From the NCBI GenBank assembly GCA_036453165.1, contig JAZHVR010000013.1:19821-83820 (forward strand): a stretch of DNA of 64,000 nucleotides, in the 5' to 3' direction. The stretch comes from Eubacteriales bacterium. Its GTDB lineage: Bacteria > Bacillota > Clostridia > Lachnospirales > Lachnospiraceae. Made by a program: the position numbers and the translations under genes. Shown piece by piece: positions 19,381-29,359 of the stretch. How positions within the stretch are numbered: the first letter of the stretch is position 1; every line of letters starts with the position of its first letter. Under the pieces are notes generated by a model, which saw nothing but the letters and a program-made list of their open reading frames with translations, was not told the origin of the DNA and did not search any database.

Positions 19381-20868
19381 GTGATTCATTTATTCAAAAA
19401 CAATGGCTATAATCTCTGCCTTGACGTGAACAGTGGTTCTGTGCATGTTCTGGACAATCTGTCTTACGATGTTCTTTCGCTGATGAGCGAGGGCAGGGAG
19501 AAAGATGATATTATCAGCAGTCTGTCTGACAAATATGATCCCGCGGAGATTTCCGAGACGATCAGTGAGTGTGACGCGCTAAAGGCCGAGGGGTCACTTT
19601 TTTCAGAGGATCCCTATAAACCGGCTATCGAAAAGTTTACCGAAAGGCCGACGGTCGTCAAGGCACTCTGCCTGCAGATCGCACATGACTGCAACCTCGC
19701 CTGCCGCTACTGCTTTGCAGATGAGGGCGAATATCACGGCAAGCGCGGAATGATGTCCTACGAGGTTGGAAAAAAAGCCTTTGATTTCCTGATCAGAGAA
19801 TCTGGGAACAGACGCAATCTCGAGGTGGACTTCTTTGGCGGCGAGCCGACGATGAACTGGCAGGTTGTAAAGGATCTCGTCGCATACGGCAGATCGCTGG
19901 AAAAAAAGTACAACAAGCATTTCCGCTTTACACTTACCACAAACGGCGTGCTTCTCAATGATGAGATCATGGATTTTTGCGACAAGGAGATGGACAACGT
20001 TGTCATGTCCGTTGACGGCAGACGCGAAGTGCACGATCACATGCGCCCGTTCCGAAATGGAAAGGGTAGCTGGGATCTCGTCGTTCCGAAGTTCCAGAAA
20101 TGGGCGGAACGCCGTCATCAGGAAAAATATTATGTGAGAGGTACATTTACTCACTATAACCTTGATTTTGCGAAGGACGTCATCGCCATGGCGGATCTCG
20201 GATTCACGCAGATCTCCATTGAGCCTGTTGTGGCGCCGCCTACGGAGGACTACGCGATCCGCGAGGAGGATATCCCCGAGATCTGTGAGCAGTACGACAT
20301 CCTCGCAAAAGAGATGATAAAGAGGGCAAAAGAGGGACGCGGCTTTAATTTCTTCCATTTTATGGTCGATCTTACGGGCGGCCCCTGCGTTTACAAGCGT
20401 CTCTCCGGCTGCGGTGCCGGCGGCGAATATCTCGCTGTTTCGCCGTGGGGAGAGCTTTATCCCTGCCATCAGTTCGACGGAAACCGCGATTTTATCATAG
20501 GAAATGTCGATGACGGAATCACCCGGCCGGATCTGGTACAGGCATTTAAAAATGTGAACGTTTACTCGAAGGAAGAGTGCTCGAAGTGCTTTTCAAGGTT
20601 CTTCTGCTCGGGCGGCTGCGCTGCGAACTCCTATAATTTCACCGGCGGGATCAATGACGTATACAAGATTGGATGCGAACTTCAGCGCAAACGTATCGAA
20701 TGTGCTCTGATGATCAAAGCGGCACTGGCTGACGATGAAGGCGACACCAAGATGCGGATCGATGGCTCAAGGGCCATTGATGGCACAAAAGATCCGGGTG
20801 TCGACCACAGCTCCTACGCGCAGAACGCGGACTGTGAGGCATGTGAGATCCCGGCTCAGAGGTGCTGA
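19381..20868 (+). CDS. scfB: Thioether cross-link-forming SCIFF peptide maturase (radical SAM/SPASM)
   Basis: Radical SAM motif CNLACRYC, FFGGEP, SPASM cysteines GCGAGGEY...PCHQF...CSKCFSRFFCSGGCAANS. Confidence 0.96.
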   Translation: MIHLFKNNGYNLCLDVNSGSVHVLDNLSYDVLSLMSEGREKDDIISSLSDKYDPAEISETISECDALKAEGSLFSEDPYKPAIEKFTERPTVVKALCLQIAHDCNLACRYCFADEGEYHGKRGMMSYEVGKKAFDFLIRESGNRRNLEVDFFGGEPTMNWQVVKDLVAYGRSLEKKYNKHFRFTLTTNGVLLNDEIMDFCDKEMDNVVMSVDGRREVHDHMRPFRNGKGSWDLVVPKFQKWAERRHQEKYYVRGTFTHYNLDFAKDVIAMADLGFTQISIEPVVAPPTEDYAIREEDIPEICEQYDILAKEMIKRAKEGRGFNFFHFMVDLTGGPCVYKRLSGCGAGGEYLAVSPWGELYPCHQFDGNRDFIIGNVDDGITRPDLVQAFKNVNVYSKEECSKCFSRFFCSGGCAANSYNFTGGINDVYKIGCELQRKRIECALMIKAALADDEGDTKMRIDGSRAIDGTKDPGVDHSSYAQNADCEACEIPAQRC

Positions 20869-20987
20869 AAAGGACAGACCTCTGAAGGAACCCGGAACTA
20901 AAAGTTGCAATTTCTTTATATTAAAGTTAAAGTATAACTTGTCGGTTTTTGGATAGCCGGCAATTCTATGTAAACGAGGACAAAGAA

Positions 20988-23327
20988 ATGAATAAGAAAC
21001 AGAGCATTGCCGTCCTTATCGTCATGGCCATTGTTACTGTACTGCTCGGCTACACCGTGCTGGTTGGCTGGGGAGAACACAAGACCGGATATATGGGCAA
21101 TATCCGCACTGGCCTTGATCTGTCGGGTGGTGTCAGTATCACGTATGAGGCGACAGAGTCGAATCCTTCACAGGAGGATATGAGCGATACTATTTACAAG
21201 CTCCAGCAGCGTGTCACGACATACAGCACGGAGGCAAATGTATATCAGCAGGGTACAAACCGTATCAATGTTGAAATCCCGGGCGTTACGAACGCTACAG
21301 AGATTCTGGAAGACCTTGGTACGCCGGGTTCTCTGACTTTCCAGGATGAGGATGGAAACACCGTCCTCGAGGGAACAGATATCGCGGATGCGCAGGGCGT
21401 TGCCCAGACGAATTCGACAACCGGCCAGCGTGAATATGTCGTTGAACTTACGATGACCTCTGATGGAGCAGAAAAGTTCCAGGAGGCGACGGCTGCCAAC
21501 GTCGGTAAGACAATCTCTATCGTTTATGACGGTACAGTTATCAGCTCTCCGACGGTTAATGAGGAGATCAGCGGCGGCAAGGCACAGATCGACGGAATGG
21601 AGAGTCTCGAGGAGGCTCAGAACCTTGCATCCTACATCCGTATCGGTTCTCTGTCTCTTGAACTGAATGAAATATATTCAAATGTTGTCGGCGCTTCCCT
21701 CGGACAGGAAGCTCTTTCAACAAGTGTTATCGCCGGTGTCATCGGAATTATCCTGGTCATGCTCTTTATGATCATCGTTTACAGAATCTCGGGTCTTGCT
21801 TCGAGCTGGGCACTGCTGATCTTTGTGTTCCTTGATCTCGGCTTTATGAATGCCTTTGACCTGACACTTACACTTCCGGGTATTGCAGGTCTCATCCTGA
21901 CCATCGGTATGGCCGTGGATGCGAACTGTATTATCTATATGCGTGTGCGCGAGGAGCTCGCCATCGGAAGTTCTGTCAACAGAGCTCTGCATGCAGGATT
22001 CCATAAAGCGTTCTCTGCGATTTTTGATGGTCAGATCACAACGCTGATCGCGGCCGCGGTTCTGTACATTCTCGGAACCGGTACCATCCAGGGATTTGCA
22101 ACGACTCTGGCTATTGGTACTATTCTGTCTCTGTTCACCGCCCTTGCGATCTCCAGATGGATCAGCTATGCCTTTTACGGCATCGGCATCAAGAGCGTCA
22201 AGGCATACGGAACGACAGAGCACAAGAAGATCTACAAATTCGTTGAGAAGCGGGCTGTATCCTTTACGATCGGTATTGTCATGATCGCAATCGCAGTGAT
22301 CGGCATGGGCGTTCACGCCGCAAATGACGGCCATCCGCTGAACTACAGTCTTGACTTCATCGGTGGTACTTCTACGACCGTAGACTTCGGTGAGGATATC
22401 AGCCTTGATGAGCTCAGTTCTGACGTAGAACCGCTCGTTGAGTCCGTCACTGGTAATTCTGACATCACCTTCCAGAAGGTGCAGGGCTCCACGCAGGTCA
22501 TCATCAAGACGAGTGAGCTCAGCACGGACCAGAGGGATGAGCTTCAGTCAGTGCTGACAGAGAATTATCCGAATATTGATACATCCACGATCGAGACAGA
22601 GAATATCTCATCGACGATTTCCGGAGAGATGAGACGCAACGCTATCATCGCCGTTATCGTGGCGGTTGTCTGCATGCTGCTCTACATTTTCATCCGTTTC
22701 AAGGATATCCGTTTTGCATCCAGTGCGATCCTCGCCCTGGTTCACGATATTCTCGTCGTAATCGCTTATTATGTAGTCAGCTATGCGTCGGTCGGCAGTA
22801 CATTTATTGCCGTCATGCTCACGATCCTCGGTTATTCGATCAACTCGACGATCGTCATCTTCGACCGTGTGCGTGAAAATATCCCGATCATGAAGGGGAC
22901 GAGCTACCGCAAGATCGTCGATGCGTCAGTCACTCAGACCCTGACCCGTTCGCTGAACTCGAACATCACGACACTCATTACTGTTGTTGTTCTTTACATC
23001 ATGGGTGTTCCGAGTGTTCGCGAGTTCGCCCTTCCGATCATCGTTGGTCTTGTCGCAGGATGCTTCTCATCCGTATTCATCACCGGACCGCTCTGGTGGG
23101 TAATGAAGACGAAGAATGGCAAAGAGGATATCAAGGATCCTGATGAAAAATCACTGCCGGGCGATAAGGCTGTGGCGACAGCTGCGGCTTCAGCTTCCGG
23201 AACCTCCGGAGCTTCCGCAGAAAGCAAGCCTGCTGGCAGCGGATCTGGAAAATATCAGAAGAAGGACAGGAGTCAGCTTCACAGCACACCGAGGAAGAAA
23301 GGCTCTCAGAAAAAGAAAACGCTGTAA
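20988..23327 (+). CDS. secDF: Fused protein translocase subunit SecDF
   Basis: Motifs GLDLSGGVSITY, GMAVDANCII, DFIGGT and GYSINSTIVIFDRVRE. Confidence 0.95.
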   Translation: MNKKQSIAVLIVMAIVTVLLGYTVLVGWGEHKTGYMGNIRTGLDLSGGVSITYEATESNPSQEDMSDTIYKLQQRVTTYSTEANVYQQGTNRINVEIPGVTNATEILEDLGTPGSLTFQDEDGNTVLEGTDIADAQGVAQTNSTTGQREYVVELTMTSDGAEKFQEATAANVGKTISIVYDGTVISSPTVNEEISGGKAQIDGMESLEEAQNLASYIRIGSLSLELNEIYSNVVGASLGQEALSTSVIAGVIGIILVMLFMIIVYRISGLASSWALLIFVFLDLGFMNAFDLTLTLPGIAGLILTIGMAVDANCIIYMRVREELAIGSSVNRALHAGFHKAFSAIFDGQITTLIAAAVLYILGTGTIQGFATTLAIGTILSLFTALAISRWISYAFYGIGIKSVKAYGTTEHKKIYKFVEKRAVSFTIGIVMIAIAVIGMGVHAANDGHPLNYSLDFIGGTSTTVDFGEDISLDELSSDVEPLVESVTGNSDITFQKVQGSTQVIIKTSELSTDQRDELQSVLTENYPNIDTSTIETENISSTISGEMRRNAIIAVIVAVVCMLLYIFIRFKDIRFASSAILALVHDILVVIAYYVVSYASVGSTFIAVMLTILGYSINSTIVIFDRVRENIPIMKGTSYRKIVDASVTQTLTRSLNSNITTLITVVVLYIMGVPSVREFALPIIVGLVAGCFSSVFITGPLWWVMKTKNGKEDIKDPDEKSLPGDKAVATAAASASGTSGASAESKPAGSGSGKYQKKDRSQLHSTPRKKGSQKKKTL

Positions 23328-23356
23328 TATGCGGTAGAATATCGTTGTTTATACAG

Positions 23357-23399
23357 AACCGTGGCTGTTGCACGAATGTGCGGCAGCCGCGGTTTTTTT
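23357..23399 (+). terminator. Rho-independent terminator after secDF
   Basis: AACCGTGGCTGTTGCAC...GTGCGGCAGCCGCGGTT followed by a T run. Confidence 0.8.
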
Positions 23400-23400
23400 C

Positions 23401-23429
23401 TTGACAGGGAGAATAGGGATTTTTATCCT
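23401..23429 (+). promoter_or_regulatory. Candidate promoter of the kinase gene
   Basis: TTGACA-17 bp-TATCCT. Confidence 0.5.
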
Positions 23430-23577
23430 GTATATATACACTTCTTATACAATTCTTTCTGGCGCAATAAGTTCCGGCAGCTTCCGGAAGGTCTGCTGCG
23501 TCATTCCCTTTTTCATTTATCAAAATAACGACAGCTGCTTATCAAGCAGAAACTGTCTGCCTGTCAGGAGGTGTCCC

Positions 23578-25923
23578 ATGCTTAAAAAAGGCTCGTCGGT
23601 CAACGGTTATAAAATTCTGGCGCAGATCGGCCAGGGTGGAATGAGCCGCGTCTGGAAGGTGTCACAGGAAAAAAGCGGACGTGTGCTCGCTCTGAAGGAA
23701 GGACGCACTGACTGCATGTCTGGAAAAGAGACGATGGAACGCTGCTTCCGCGGGGAGGAAAAAATCCTCCGTCGGATGAATAACGTGGCTATCCCTGCAT
23801 TGGCCGATTCGTTCCGCAATGAAGATGTGCCGGTCCTGGTGATGGATTTTATCGAAGGGGTGCCTCTTGACAGAAAGGTGAAAAAATCAGGTCCGCTGGC
23901 AGAAGAGGAGACAATCGGGATCGCGATTCAGATCTGCGGGATCCTTTCCTATCTTCACCGGCGTCAGAAGATCATTTACAGAGATCTGAAGCCGTCGAAT
24001 ATCATTCTTGGAGAGGATGGGAAAGTATATCTTGTGGATTTCGGCAGCGCGGCTGCTACGGGAAAGGTACCTCCCCAGGGGAGCGGTGATGAATGTGTCG
24101 GGACGCCCGGGTATGCCGCCCCGGAGCTTTCTACCCCGGGCAGCAGTTTTGACGCGAGGGCAGATATTTACAGCCTCGGAGCTACCCTGCTGTTTCTTCT
24201 CACTGGTCATAAGGACGGGAAGACAGATGATATTGCCGACAGGAAGCTGGCGGATTTTATCGGGAAATGTCTGTCTGGGGATCCTGATCAGAGACCGCGG
24301 TCGGTGAAGGAGGCCGCCAGGGAACTAAAGAGCCTTTCTGAAAACATTGGAGAAGAAAATAGCATCGGAGAAGACAGTGGCGATGACTCTGTTTCGGAAG
24401 GCAACTCGGATACAGCAGAGGCATCAGATGGTGACAGAAGAGATAATGAAGGTGAAAAGAGATTATCAGACAGCAACGGAACAAGGGAGAATGACAGATG
24501 GAAGAGTGTCAGGCATCTTCTGATCCTGGTCGCCGCTGTTATCGCGGCGGCCGGCGTGTACACCTGGCTGGTGCCGGCCGGTGCTTTTCCTATTCCGGCG
24601 TTATCATCCCTGAGTCCTGATCTGGGCGTTGCGGCGGAAAAAATAATAGTGGATTCTGCAGATAACGGCGATGATGTGTCGGAAGAAAGCGTTGTGGCGT
24701 CATCCGGCGACAGCAGCAGGGAGGGTGGAAACCGGAATGGTTCAGAGATTCCATGCGCGCAGCTGATTTTTACAGATGATCCGGAGCCCGACAGCATTGA
24801 GGAGGGAATCGCGTATTTTCACGAACCGAGGAAAGCCGTCCTGTCGGTGACAACCGGGGCGGATGATTTTGATGCCTCGAAGGCTGACGAGGCGCTCTCT
24901 ATAAGAGCGTTCGATGATCAGGACGAGAAAGCCGATGACGCGTGGTCAGCTGGTGAGTGGACGATGAGAGAGGACGGAGTGCATGAGCTGGAGCTGGAAT
25001 TTAACGCGGACGCGCTTTATATTATCGGATTTTCATATACAGATGCGGACGGTCAGTCAAATGAAGGAATCGACACCGGAGATCCGGGAACGCCGCTGAT
25101 TTTCCAGATCGACACTGCAGACACAGAAGAGCAGGAGACAGAGGATAGTTCAGAAGAAACTGTCACAGATGGATATGATGACACGGAGAACACAGACACA
25201 GAAGGAAAGCAGAATTTTGTCATGGACAGTGAAACGGCGTCGATGAACAGGAACTATGTAAAAAGTGCCTGTGACGTCTCGGTGACGGTGACCGCCGCCG
25301 CGCCTGTGCGCTCCTGCGAGGTGACGATGTACAGAAACCGCGAGAAGAAGGTGCTGAAGGAGAGCAAAGATTACACAGTCTCAATCACGGACAGCGGAAA
25401 GAAAGCTGCTTTTACTGTGGACAGCGGCTGTTTTTCTGAGGATGGCGTGTACCGCCTGATTTTCCAGGTGAAGGATCAGAGTGGTATTACATATAGCAAT
25501 GATGACGATGTCAATGACACGCTGAATTTTGGCGTAGATGCCACAGCTCCGGAGATAAACCTGGACAGAGGAGAAGCGGGAAAACTGAATATCGAAGCGG
25601 GGGATAATCTGAAACTGACCTCGGTGAAGCTGTACTCGGGCGATAAGGATTCACTCGTGCAGAGCTGGGTCGGGGCCGACATTGATGACCATATTTCTGA
25701 TGACGAGATATTTACAGCTGATCCGGAGATCGCTCTGAAGGAAAAAATCATCGCCGTTGCTACGGATGAAGCGGGAAACAAAAAAGAGGCGACGGTCGAC
25801 CCCGGGGAGTCGACAGGAGTTGCGGCAGCAGTGTGTGTCGGCGCCGCGGCTACGGCTGTGCTGGTCCTGGTCCTGATCATCAGGAAACGCAAAGCAAGCA
25901 AGGCTGTTTCCACTCGTAAGTAG
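23578..25923 (+). CDS. Hanks-type Ser/Thr protein kinase with TM helix, large extracellular region and C-terminal TM anchor
   Basis: Motifs IGQGGMSRVW, ALKE, YRDLKPSN, DFG, GTPGYAAPE and DIYSLG; ATG at 23578 after AGGAGG. Confidence 0.9.
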   Translation: MLKKGSSVNGYKILAQIGQGGMSRVWKVSQEKSGRVLALKEGRTDCMSGKETMERCFRGEEKILRRMNNVAIPALADSFRNEDVPVLVMDFIEGVPLDRKVKKSGPLAEEETIGIAIQICGILSYLHRRQKIIYRDLKPSNIILGEDGKVYLVDFGSAAATGKVPPQGSGDECVGTPGYAAPELSTPGSSFDARADIYSLGATLLFLLTGHKDGKTDDIADRKLADFIGKCLSGDPDQRPRSVKEAARELKSLSENIGEENSIGEDSGDDSVSEGNSDTAEASDGDRRDNEGEKRLSDSNGTRENDRWKSVRHLLILVAAVIAAAGVYTWLVPAGAFPIPALSSLSPDLGVAAEKIIVDSADNGDDVSEESVVASSGDSSREGGNRNGSEIPCAQLIFTDDPEPDSIEEGIAYFHEPRKAVLSVTTGADDFDASKADEALSIRAFDDQDEKADDAWSAGEWTMREDGVHELELEFNADALYIIGFSYTDADGQSNEGIDTGDPGTPLIFQIDTADTEEQETEDSSEETVTDGYDDTENTDTEGKQNFVMDSETASMNRNYVKSACDVSVTVTAAAPVRSCEVTMYRNREKKVLKESKDYTVSITDSGKKAAFTVDSGCFSEDGVYRLIFQVKDQSGITYSNDDDVNDTLNFGVDATAPEINLDRGEAGKLNIEAGDNLKLTSVKLYSGDKDSLVQSWVGADIDDHISDDEIFTADPEIALKEKIIAVATDEAGNKKEATVDPGESTGVAAAVCVGAAATAVLVLVLIIRKRKASKAVSTRK

Positions 25924-26039
25924 TCTTCAGTATGACAGATCTGGACAATGCGGTGTATACTGTATGCATTCGCAAAAAATAAACTTCGACAGGCAGATCG
26001 GATTTTTCTGCCTCAAATGGTCACAGGAGGAACGGGCAT

Positions 26040-26546
26040 ATGAAGGATCTCATAGCACAAGCAGTTTCGGAGATGATCGATTTTTACAGCAGAGAAAGTA
26101 CGGTGAAGGTTCATGATATCAGCCATTTTATGAAGGTGTGGGGCTATGCCAGGACGATCGGACGCATGGAAGGACTCGACGCCAGGACACAGGAGACGCT
26201 GGAACTCGCCGCCATAGCACATGATATCGCGTGCCCGCTCTGCCGGAAGAAATATGGAAACACCAACGGAAAGGCGCAGGAACAGGAGGGCGAAGGACTG
26301 ACAGGGGAGTTTTACCGCGATTTTGGACTGCCGGAGGAGCAGCTGGACAGGATCTGCTGGATCGTAGCTCATCATCACACGTATACAGGTGTCGACGGAA
26401 TGGACTATCAGATCATGCTGGAGGCGGATTTTCTGGTGAATGCAGATGAGTCCTCCATGAGTCACGAGACCGTTGAGCATTTCCGGGACGCAGTTTTCAG
26501 GACAGAGACCGGCAGAAAATTTCTCCGGGATATGTATGACGTATAA
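26040..26546 (+). CDS. HD domain protein
   Basis: Motifs HFMKVWGYA, AIAHDIAC and VAHHH...MLEADFLVN. Confidence 0.85.
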   Translation: MKDLIAQAVSEMIDFYSRESTVKVHDISHFMKVWGYARTIGRMEGLDARTQETLELAAIAHDIACPLCRKKYGNTNGKAQEQEGEGLTGEFYRDFGLPEEQLDRICWIVAHHHTYTGVDGMDYQIMLEADFLVNADESSMSHETVEHFRDAVFRTETGRKFLRDMYDV

Positions 26547-26558
26547 AAGGGTTTATCG

Positions 26559-28358
26559 GTGATGGAAGAAAAATGGGTAGTAAAACGCAAGTGGGCGCCG
26601 TTTCAGAAACTCGCAGAGGAATTCGGCATTGATCCTCTGATCGTGCGCCTTATGCGGAACAGAGATGTCTTTACAGAAGAAGATCTTAAGACGCAGATGC
26701 CGGACGGGCATTCGCTCGCTGAAAAAAATATCGACCGGTTTCTCCATGCGACGACGGCGGATCTCTATGATCCGGCCCTGATGAAAGATATGAAGAAAGC
26801 GGGTCAGGTAATCATCGATGCTGTCGGAGAAAAGAAAAAAATCCGCGTCATCGGCGACTACGACATCGACGGTATCATGTCCACGTATATCCTGGTAAAT
26901 GGATTGAAAAAAATCGGAGCGGACGTCGACTGGCAGATTCCCGACCGGATGAAGGACGGATACGGACTGAACGAAAATCTGATCCGCAAAGCGGACGCCG
27001 ACGGGGTTCAGCTGATCGTTACATGCGATAACGGAATCGCAGCGCGTGATCAGATCGCCCTGGGCAACGACCTCGGCATGCAAATCGTCGTCACGGACCA
27101 CCACCAGGTTCCGTTTGAAACAGTTAAGAACGGCGACGGAACGGAGAAAAGAAAAGAAATCCTTCCGCCGGCGGATGCTGTCATAGATCCGCACCGCGCG
27201 GATGACAGCTATCCCTTCAAGGGACTCTGCGGCGCCGGCGTCGCCTGGAAACTGATCACATATCTGTATCGCGAGACGGGCGTCGGAGATGCCGACAAAG
27301 AGGCAGAAAAATTTCTTCAGTTCGCAGCGATCGCAACAGTCGGCGATGTCATGGATCTCACAGATGAGAACAGAATCATCGTCCGCGAAGGATTGAAGCA
27401 GCTGCGCCGGACTGAGAATCCCGGTCTCAGGGAACTGATCCGTCAGAACAATCTGGACCCGGAAAAAATCGACGTCTACCATATCGGCTTCGTAATCGGC
27501 CCGTGTCTCAATGCGAGCGGACGACTGGACACTGCCGCCCGGGCTCTGAATATGCTGATGACATCCTCCGTGCAGGAGGCTTCGGAGGCTGCTTCGGAGC
27601 TCATGAATCTGAATGAGAGCCGCAAGGGAATGACAGAGACGGGAACTGCCGAGGCTATGAGAAAAATCGACACCACGTCCCTTATTGATGACCGCGTGCT
27701 GATCGTATACCTGCCGGACAGTCACCCGAGCGTCGTTGGAATCATTGCCGGAAGGATTAAGGAGCATTACAACAGACCGACCTTTGTTCTGACGGATGCG
27801 GACGGCATGATCCGCGGTTCCGGCCGGTCAATCGACGCCTACAACATGTACGATGAACTCGTAAAGTGTGCCGATCTGTTCACGGCGTTCGGAGGACACC
27901 CGAAAGCTGCGGGCGTTACCCTTCCGAAAGAGAATCTCCAGGCCTTTCATGACAGGATGAATGAGGAGTGCTCGCTGACAGAGGAGGACATGACCCCCGT
28001 TGTTAAGGTCGACGCTGTCATGCCTCAGACATATGTCACAACCAGCCTCATCCGGGAACTGGATGTTCTGAGACCGACAGGAAACGGCAACGAGCGCCCG
28101 ATCTTCGGCGAAGTCCGTGTCACGGCGCGTTCGCCCCGCATCGTCGGGCAGAAACAGAACTGCTGCCTCCTCCAGGTAGTAAGTGAAGACGGCTCCAGCG
28201 CGGTCAAAGCAATATATTTCGGACGGACACCAGATGATGCCCGGGACTTCTACCAGCGCATCACCGACGGAACGCCCTTCTCAATCATATACGAGCCCCA
28301 GATCGACAGTTGGATGGGACGGGATAGCGTGCAGCTGCACATCATCCACTACAAGTGA
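26559..28358 (+). CDS. recJ: Single-stranded-DNA-specific exonuclease RecJ
   Basis: Motifs GDYDIDG, VTDHH, LNASGRL and FGGHPKAAG. Confidence 0.96.
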   Translation: MMEEKWVVKRKWAPFQKLAEEFGIDPLIVRLMRNRDVFTEEDLKTQMPDGHSLAEKNIDRFLHATTADLYDPALMKDMKKAGQVIIDAVGEKKKIRVIGDYDIDGIMSTYILVNGLKKIGADVDWQIPDRMKDGYGLNENLIRKADADGVQLIVTCDNGIAARDQIALGNDLGMQIVVTDHHQVPFETVKNGDGTEKRKEILPPADAVIDPHRADDSYPFKGLCGAGVAWKLITYLYRETGVGDADKEAEKFLQFAAIATVGDVMDLTDENRIIVREGLKQLRRTENPGLRELIRQNNLDPEKIDVYHIGFVIGPCLNASGRLDTAARALNMLMTSSVQEASEAASELMNLNESRKGMTETGTAEAMRKIDTTSLIDDRVLIVYLPDSHPSVVGIIAGRIKEHYNRPTFVLTDADGMIRGSGRSIDAYNMYDELVKCADLFTAFGGHPKAAGVTLPKENLQAFHDRMNEECSLTEEDMTPVVKVDAVMPQTYVTTSLIRELDVLRPTGNGNERPIFGEVRVTARSPRIVGQKQNCCLLQVVSEDGSSAVKAIYFGRTPDDARDFYQRITDGTPFSIIYEPQIDSWMGRDSVQLHIIHYK

Positions 28359-28362
28359 GGTA

Positions 28363-28492
28363 ACATGGCACTTCCACCCGCAACGCGCTTGCGCTCGTCC
28401 TCGACGTAACGGTTCTAGGCGCATCCTTCGCTACGCTCGGATTTGCCAAGAACCGACGTCTGCGGATGGTATGCGGGTTGGAAGTGCCATGT
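28363..28492. repeat. Long hairpin element sharing the outer arm of the nested palindromic family
   Basis: ACATGGCACTTCC (28363-28375) and GGAAGTGCCATGT (28480-28492); arm TGCGGGTTGGAAG resembles TGCGGGCTGGAAG at 9661. Confidence 0.75.
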
Positions 28493-28506
28493 ATTTGCAT
28501 ACTCAG

Positions 28507-28641
28507 GAGAAGGTCTCTGTCCGGTGTATACCAGTCCACATGCCTTCTGAGCCCGCCGGCGCTTACGCGTTGCTGCGAGATACTGCACTCGTGCTAAGCG
28601 GAAGCGTGCTGTGGACGGTATACACCGGGCAGAGGCCTCTC
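28507..28641. repeat. Second long hairpin element containing a module C end
   Basis: GAGAAGGTCTCTGTCCGGTGTATACC and GGTATACACCGGGCAGAGGCCTCTC; internal GCTGCGAGATACTGCACTCGT matches 37938-37958. Confidence 0.75.
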
Positions 28642-28692
28642 ATATCCACTTATTTCACTCGCTTATACCGTTCATACACCGGTGCAAGGCAA

Positions 28693-28721
28693 TTGAAACA
28701 CGGCCCTAACAATGGTATACT
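28693..28721 (+). promoter_or_regulatory. Promoter of the apt-relA operon
   Basis: TTGAAA-17 bp-TATACT with extended -10 TG. Confidence 0.65.
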
Positions 28722-28790
28722 TACCATATTTGGGGCCATACTTTTTGGCCAATTTTTGAGCGAAAAAAATGAAAGGACGCTATACAAGTC

Positions 28791-29315
28791 ATGAAAGAAC
28801 TGAAAGATTATGTCATCACCGTTCCGGATTATCCTGAGAAGGGCATTATGTTCCGCGATATCACCAGTATCCTGGACGATGCGGACGGACTTCACCTCGC
28901 TATTGATTCTCTGCAGGATCTGCTGAAGGGAGTCGACTTCGACGTAATCGTCGGAACTGAATCAAGAGGATTCATTTTCGGAATGCCGATTGCATATAAT
29001 CTTCACAAGCCGTTTGTACTTGTCCGTAAGAAGGGCAAGCTGCCGCGTGAGACAATTTCTGAGACCTACAATCTTGAGTACGGCACAGCGACCGTTGAGA
29101 TCCACAAGGATTCTATCAAACCGGGACAGAAAGTCGTTCTCGTTGATGATCTCATTGCTACCGGCGGTACGATCGAGGCAGCGGCAAAGCTTGTCGAGAG
29201 ACTCGGCGGCGAGGTTGTCAAGATGATTTTTGTTATGGAGCTTGAAGGTCTCAAAGGACGTGAAAGACTTTCCAAGTATGATATCGGATCTGTAATCAAG
29301 TATCCGGGAGCATAA
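28791..29315 (+). CDS. apt: Adenine phosphoribosyltransferase
   Basis: Motifs GIMFRDIT, ESRGFIFG, RKKGKLP and LVDDLIATGGT. Confidence 0.98.
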   Translation: MKELKDYVITVPDYPEKGIMFRDITSILDDADGLHLAIDSLQDLLKGVDFDVIVGTESRGFIFGMPIAYNLHKPFVLVRKKGKLPRETISETYNLEYGTATVEIHKDSIKPGQKVVLVDDLIATGGTIEAAAKLVERLGGEVVKMIFVMELEGLKGRERLSKYDIGSVIKYPGA

Positions 29316-29359
29316 GATTATTCTTTCAGGCGGATGACATAAGAGGGGAAGAACAGCCT

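Noticed and set aside
19381-20868. SCIFF locus as a novel RiPP system
   Set aside because: scfA/scfB is an established ranthipeptide family widespread in Clostridia; only the flanking arrays and the ScfB tail are flagged.
26553-27767. Long alternative-frame or antisense ORFs (e.g. 26553-27767 +, 32509-33816 -, 19603-20469 -, 49288-50163 -)
   Set aside because: Shadow ORFs over strongly conserved genes, with no recognisable motifs.
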